DNA of 64,000 nucleotides from Planctomycetota bacterium (GTDB lineage: Bacteria > Planctomycetota > B15-G4 > SIAN01). The stretch spans positions 138,704-202,703 of the forward strand of contig JANNXA010000033.1 of the NCBI GenBank assembly GCA_031409275.1, in the 5' to 3' direction. Below, piece by piece: positions 59,640-64,000 of the stretch (its first letter is position 1; every line of letters begins with the position of its first letter). A program made the position numbers and the translations under genes. Under the pieces are notes generated by a model. That model ran no database searches. It was not told the origin of the DNA and saw only the letters and a program-made list of their open reading frames with translations.

Positions 59640-60296
59640 TCACCGCCGCTCGATCACCTCGTCGAGCGGGAAGCGGACTTTCGGTAGCGCCGCGTACTTG
59701 TCGTCGGCGGCGCGGTAGCCGGCGACGCAGACGACGGTCGCGGCGAGCCCCTTCGCGGAGAGGCCGAGCAGCGAGTCGTACTTCGCCGGCTCGAACCCTT
59801 CCATCGGGCAGGTGTCGACGCCGACCATCGCCGCGGCGGTCATGAAGTTGCCAAGCGCGATGTAGGCCTGGTTCGCGGCCCATTGGTTGGCGATGAGGCT
59901 GCGCGGCCCGTCGACGACATCGCGCACCATCATCGCGCCGAACTTCGCCAGCGATTCGGGCGCGACGCCGCGCACCTCCGCCGTGCGGCGCACGAAGCGA
60001 TCGATGTCGGCCGCCGAGAGGTTCTTCCGGATGCAGAGCACGACGAGGTGCGAGGCCTCGGCGACCTGCCGCTGGTTCCACGACATCGCCACGAGCTGCT
60101 CGCGCAACGCCGCATCCTCGACGACGACGAACTTCCAAGGCTGCAGGCCGTAGGACGACGGCGTGAGCACCAACGCCTCTTCGAGCGCCCGCCACGTCGC
60201 CGGCTCGATCTTCCGGTTCGCGTCGAACTTCTTCACGGCGTAGCGCCAGCGCAACTGGGCGAGCAGCTTCTCGGCGGAGACGGTCGCGTGGTCCAT
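59640..60296 (-). CDS. NAD(P)H-dependent nitroreductase (NfsB-like)
   Basis: WRYAVKKFD, TPSSYGLQPWKF, QAYIALG, DTCPMEGF, PKVRFP. Confidence 0.95.
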   Translation of the reverse strand: MDHATVSAEKLLAQLRWRYAVKKFDANRKIEPATWRALEEALVLTPSSYGLQPWKFVVVEDAALREQLVAMSWNQRQVAEASHLVVLCIRKNLSAADIDRFVRRTAEVRGVAPESLAKFGAMMVRDVVDGPRSLIANQWAANQAYIALGNFMTAAAMVGVDTCPMEGFEPAKYDSLLGLSAKGLAATVVCVAGYRAADDKYAALPKVRFPLDEVIERR

Positions 60297-60438
60297 CGGT
60301 TCGTTCCTGTTCGAAGGAGGTGCGCGGTGCGGCGCAGGCTGCGCAGGGGCGGGAAGCGTAGCGAGGCGTCGTCGTCCGCCACGCGCCCGCCGCTACCATC
60401 CTCGCCGTCGACCGAGGTGGGGGAGGCGACACGGCGGG

Positions 60439-61674
60439 ATGAGGGCGCGACGGATGGCAGCCAGAGCGATCGGCGGCTTCGTGCTCGCCCTGGTCAACGC
60501 CGCCTGCAAGGTGCCCGAACTTGCGGCACCCGCCGATCTCCCGGCGCCGCTGCCTGATCTCGTTGCGCCGCGCGCGGCCGATGCGCCGCCGCTGCCGTAC
60601 GACGCCTACACCGGCGATGCGGAAGTGGCGGGCGACTACTACGTGCGCGTCGAGGAGTGGCGCGATCCGGTCAGCGGGCAGGTGGTCGAGCTGCTGCCGA
60701 TGATCCACCTGGCCGATGCGGACTTCTTCGCCGCGGTGAGCGAGCGGCTGCGTGCCGCCGATGTGGTGCTGACCGAAGGCGTGGGCGGCGCGCCGTCGCT
60801 GTCGCCGACGTCGCTGCTGCTCACCTACGTCTTCGGCAACTATTCGCGCGCGTGCTGGCTCGGCGGTCTGGTGCCGCAGGACGAGGGGCTCGATGCCGGG
60901 CCGCATGCCGAGCGCGGCGACTTCGATCAGGCGGAGTACACGGCGGGCGATTCGTGCGGGACGGCGCTGCTGCATGCCGTCGGGTTGCCGGCGCTGATGG
61001 CGCTGATCGAACCCATTCATCTGGGGCGCTGGCTGCTGGCCGATGCGCGCGCGATCGCGACCTGGGGCGACGCCGATGAGGCGGCGATGTGCCATTTCCT
61101 GGTCTGCGACACCAATGAACGCAACGCGGCCGGCCCTGACCACGCCGACGACACCACGCTGCTCGAAGGGGTGATCGGTCGGCGCAACGACCATCTGCTG
61201 GAGCGGCTCGACGAAGTGCGCGCGCGACCGGGCGTTCGGCGCATCGCGCTGCCGTGGGGGGCGAAGCACCAACCGGGGCTCGCCGCCGGCCTCGCGCAGC
61301 GCGGCTTCGAGCGCGGCAGCTCGGAGTGGCTGCGCGCCATCGCCGTGCGCGCGCTGCTGCAGGATCCGCAGCTCGACAAAAACGGCGACCGGACGCACGT
61401 CTACGTGCCCTACCTCTTCGATGTGCAGAGCTTCCGCTCGACCTGGTCGTGCGGCGTGGCGTGCGATGCGGTGGCGGTGGGTGGCGGCCGCGACTCGTTC
61501 GAGAGCTCGCTCTTGTGGGGCTTCCTCGCCGCCTGCGAGAGCGGGCCGCCGCACGGCGAATCGCGCTTCTCGCTGCTGCCCAACGTCTTCGAGCGGCCGC
61601 TCCTCTTCGAGTGGCGCCGCCGCGGCGAGTCGCACCGTTGGCGCTTCCTCTGGTTCTTCGAGATCGGCGAGTGA
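60439..61674 (+). CDS. Putative lipoprotein, TraB/GumN-like fold
   Basis: Lipobox NAAC; PMIHLAD, VLTEGV, GRRN, WGAKHQPGL; aromatic-rich C-terminus. Confidence 0.55.
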   Translation: MRARRMAARAIGGFVLALVNAACKVPELAAPADLPAPLPDLVAPRAADAPPLPYDAYTGDAEVAGDYYVRVEEWRDPVSGQVVELLPMIHLADADFFAAVSERLRAADVVLTEGVGGAPSLSPTSLLLTYVFGNYSRACWLGGLVPQDEGLDAGPHAERGDFDQAEYTAGDSCGTALLHAVGLPALMALIEPIHLGRWLLADARAIATWGDADEAAMCHFLVCDTNERNAAGPDHADDTTLLEGVIGRRNDHLLERLDEVRARPGVRRIALPWGAKHQPGLAAGLAQRGFERGSSEWLRAIAVRALLQDPQLDKNGDRTHVYVPYLFDVQSFRSTWSCGVACDAVAVGGGRDSFESSLLWGFLAACESGPPHGESRFSLLPNVFERPLLFEWRRRGESHRWRFLWFFEIGE

Positions 61675-63725
61675 ACGGCGTGCGCACCCACGATCGCGTC
61701 ACTCGAGCGTGCGGCCTGCTGCAGTTGGTCGCCTGCGCTGCGCTGGTTGGCGCGCTCGGCGGCCTGCTCGGGGTGGTCTTCCGCGTCACCGCTGATGTGC
61801 TGCAGGGTTGGGCGATGGGCAACACCGGCACGATCCTCGAGGCGGCGCGCGCGCTGCCTTGGTGGCGGCGGCTGTTGACGCCGGCGGCCGGCGCCCTGAT
61901 CGCCGGTCTCGTCATTCACTTCGGTGCTCGTCGCGATACCGCGTTTGGGATCTCCGACCTGATGGAGGTCGTTCGCTTCCGCCGCCGACCGATCCGCGTC
62001 GGCCCGACCATCGCGCGCATCGGCGCAGCGCTCGCCACCATCTCGTCGGGCGGTGCCGTCGGCCGCGAAGGACCGATCATCCAGCTCGGCGCGACGGTCG
62101 CGAACTTGTTCGGTCGTTGGCAGCGCGCCGATCCGCGCCAGCTCTCGATCCTGCTGGCCGCCGGCGCCGCCTCCGGGATGGCCGCGTCGTACAACGCACC
62201 GCTCGCCAGCGCCGTCTTCGTGATGGAGGCGATGCTGGCCAACTTCGCGCTCGAGGTCTTCGCGCCGGTGGTCGTCGCGTCGCTCGCCGGCACGCTGGTG
62301 ATGCGCGAGTTCCTCGGCAGCGCGCCGATCTACGACGTGACGGGCGGGCTTTCTGAAGAGGGCATCAGCCTGGTCCTCATCGCCATCGTGCTTGGCGTCG
62401 CGTGCGGCGCCGCGTCGGTGGCGATGCAGCGATTGCTGCAGTTCGCCACCGCCTGTTTCCGTGCGTGGCGCGTCCCCGCTTGGCTCAAGCCGGCGGTGGG
62501 CGGGCTGCTGGTCGGCGCCATCGGCATCGCCTGGCCCGAAGTCTGGGGCAACGGCTTCCACGCCATCAGCGAGATGCTGCGCTGGAAGATCCCGCTCTTC
62601 GATCCCGGCGCGTTGCTGGCGACATCGGTGGTGGTGCTGCTGGTGATGAAGCCGTTGGCGACGGTGGCCTCGGTGGGTTCGGGTGGCCAGGGCGGTGTCT
62701 TCACGCCGGCGATGTTCCTCGGCGCGGCGATCGGTGCGCTGCTGGCGTCGTTGCTGGCGCGCGTGCCGGGCATCGACGCGCCGCGCCAGACGCTCGCGCT
62801 GGTGGGGATGGCGGGGATGGTCGCGGGCATCGCGCATGCGCCGATCGCCGCGGTGGTGCTGCTGGTCGAGATGACTCATCACGCGGGATTGCTGCTGCCG
62901 TTGTCGGCGTGCGCCGCGGCCAGCGCCGCGACGGCGCGTCTGCTCGCCCGCGACTCGCTCTACACGGAGAGCTTGCGCGCGCGCGGCGTACCGCTCGACG
63001 CCGGTGCCGAGGAGCTGGCGTTGCGCCAGATGCAGGTCGGCGAGCTGCAGGATGACGCCGTCGCCACCGTGGTCGCGACCACGCCGTTGCAACAGATCGT
63101 CGATCGCTTCGCGCGCGATCACGTCGATCAGTTGTGGGTCGTCGACGCCGCGCACGTGCTGCAAGGCGTCGTCACGCTGCACGACGTGAAGGCCTATCTC
63201 GGACGCGACACGGGGGCGGCCGGCCGCGCCGTCATCGCCGGCGACCTCGCGCGCCGCGTGCGCGGGTTGGCGCCGTCGCAATCGCTCGCCGAAGTGCTCG
63301 AGTCGTTCGACGATCCGACGCTCGAGGAACTGCCGGTGGTGGCCGTCGATGGGCGGCTGCTCGGCCGCGTCACGCGCCGCGACGTCCTGGCGACGCTGCG
63401 CCTCGAAGTGCTCGACAACCCGCAGTCGCGCGCCAAGTTCGTGCTCGAAGAGGACAGCTCGGCGCGCTACCTCGAACTGCCCGCCGGCTACGAGATCGCG
63501 CGCCTGCCCGTCACCGAGTCGCTAGCGGGTCGTCGCCTCGGCGACACCAAGCTGCGTCGCAACCACGGCCTCGTCGTGCTGGCCATCGTGAAGAGCGACC
63601 CCGAGATCGGCGAGCAGCGCACCGCCTTTGACCCCGACTCGCTGCTGATCGAGGGTGAGCAGCTCGTCGTGATGGGGCGGCGCGACAGCCTCGCCGCGGC
63701 GCGACAGGAGATCGGGGGGTACTGA
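61671..63725 (+). CDS. ClC family chloride channel/transporter with CBS pair and TrkA_C domain
   Basis: GREGP, YNAPL, GGVFTP, EMT, SLYTESL; CBS pair; LAGRRLGDTKLRRNHGLVVLAI RCK-C; GTG start overlapping the upstream stop. Confidence 0.93.
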   Translation: MNGVRTHDRVTRACGLLQLVACAALVGALGGLLGVVFRVTADVLQGWAMGNTGTILEAARALPWWRRLLTPAAGALIAGLVIHFGARRDTAFGISDLMEVVRFRRRPIRVGPTIARIGAALATISSGGAVGREGPIIQLGATVANLFGRWQRADPRQLSILLAAGAASGMAASYNAPLASAVFVMEAMLANFALEVFAPVVVASLAGTLVMREFLGSAPIYDVTGGLSEEGISLVLIAIVLGVACGAASVAMQRLLQFATACFRAWRVPAWLKPAVGGLLVGAIGIAWPEVWGNGFHAISEMLRWKIPLFDPGALLATSVVVLLVMKPLATVASVGSGGQGGVFTPAMFLGAAIGALLASLLARVPGIDAPRQTLALVGMAGMVAGIAHAPIAAVVLLVEMTHHAGLLLPLSACAAASAATARLLARDSLYTESLRARGVPLDAGAEELALRQMQVGELQDDAVATVVATTPLQQIVDRFARDHVDQLWVVDAAHVLQGVVTLHDVKAYLGRDTGAAGRAVIAGDLARRVRGLAPSQSLAEVLESFDDPTLEELPVVAVDGRLLGRVTRRDVLATLRLEVLDNPQSRAKFVLEEDSSARYLELPAGYEIARLPVTESLAGRRLGDTKLRRNHGLVVLAIVKSDPEIGEQRTAFDPDSLLIEGEQLVVMGRRDSLAAARQEIGGY

Positions 63726-64000
63726 CCACCGTCCACAAGTCCCCCCGCTGGACACGGCGCCCGGCGATCGGTAGATCCTGAGGGATGGAGATCGCTGGAG
63801 CAGCGTTGTGGCCGGCCGACGTGGCGTGGATCGAGGCCGCCGGGGCTTCTCCGGGGATCACGCGCTCGGAGCTGGCGCGCCGACTCTGCGAGCGTCTGTC
63901 GTTGCGTGACGAGCGCGGTCGGTTGCGTGAGGTCGCGGTGCGGATCGACCTTGGGCGCCAGGCGGGAGCGGGTCGGCTGCGGCTGCCCGCGGTGGCGGCC
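63722..64000 (+). mobile_element. Left end of an IS4-family (IS50/Tn5-like) insertion sequence
   Basis: CTGACCACCGTCCACAAGT at 63722-63740 matches the Tn5 outside end CTGACTCTTATACACAAGT at 13/19 positions, with both termini conserved; an ORF starts 45 bp later. Confidence 0.72.
63785..64000 (+). CDS. N-terminus of probable DUF4338-fused IS4-family transposase (truncated by window)
   Basis: MEIAG..WIE..PGITRSELARRLCERLSLRDERGRLRE..LRLP resembles DUF4338-type N-termini; GAGGG RBS. Confidence 0.65.
   Translation, partial: MEIAGAALWPADVAWIEAAGASPGITRSELARRLCERLSLRDERGRLREVAVRIDLGRQAGAGRLRLPAVAA

Noticed and set aside
61671..63725. Fluoride-specific CLC-F exporter or fluoride riboswitch
   Set aside because: Has GREGP rather than GREGT, lacks GNNLI/GMGLI, and the start overlaps the upstream gene.
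63785..64000. Druantia defence system
   Set aside because: Only an N-terminal fragment is visible and it follows an IS-like end; a transposase fusion is the simpler reading.

Overview
Very GC-rich bacterial chromosomal segment, most likely Planctomycetota (PVC-type heme dehydrogenase, DUF1592/DUF1552 pair, CRTAC1/ASPIC protein, HEAT-VWA protein). All family calls are from motif recognition by eye, with no database search. 1-19 kb is a mostly minus-strand block rich in c-type cytochrome genes: a multiheme cytochrome with at least 7 CxxCH (missing from the ORF track), a heme-b-like membrane partner, a PVC dehydrogenase, system II cytochrome c maturation genes and a DUF1592-DUF1552-large secreted protein operon. 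It is followed by an ECF42/YciI pair with its promoter, pldA and recQ. The best candidate for an uncharacterised system is at 25.4-31.9 kb: an ECF-like sigma factor, a membrane anti-sigma and an exported TPR-CHAT (caspase-like) protease with no CRISPR in the window, linked to a downstream di-heme cytochrome gene by a shared motif CGACA(G/C)GTTTCG-N11-CAC. Next come a patch of decayed genes (ankyrin fragment, Walker-A-less AAA ATPase with frameshifted DUF3226-like partner), a TonB receptor/CRTAC1 pair, an aminotransferase with a histone-like tail, arsM, a secreted Cys-His-Asp protein with a partner, and a two-component system with 11-bp-periodic TTGAC boxes. The window ends with porin, nitroreductase and ClC genes and the left end of an IS50/IS4-like element that supplies the ClC stop codon. 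No rRNA, tRNA or CRISPR array was seen.
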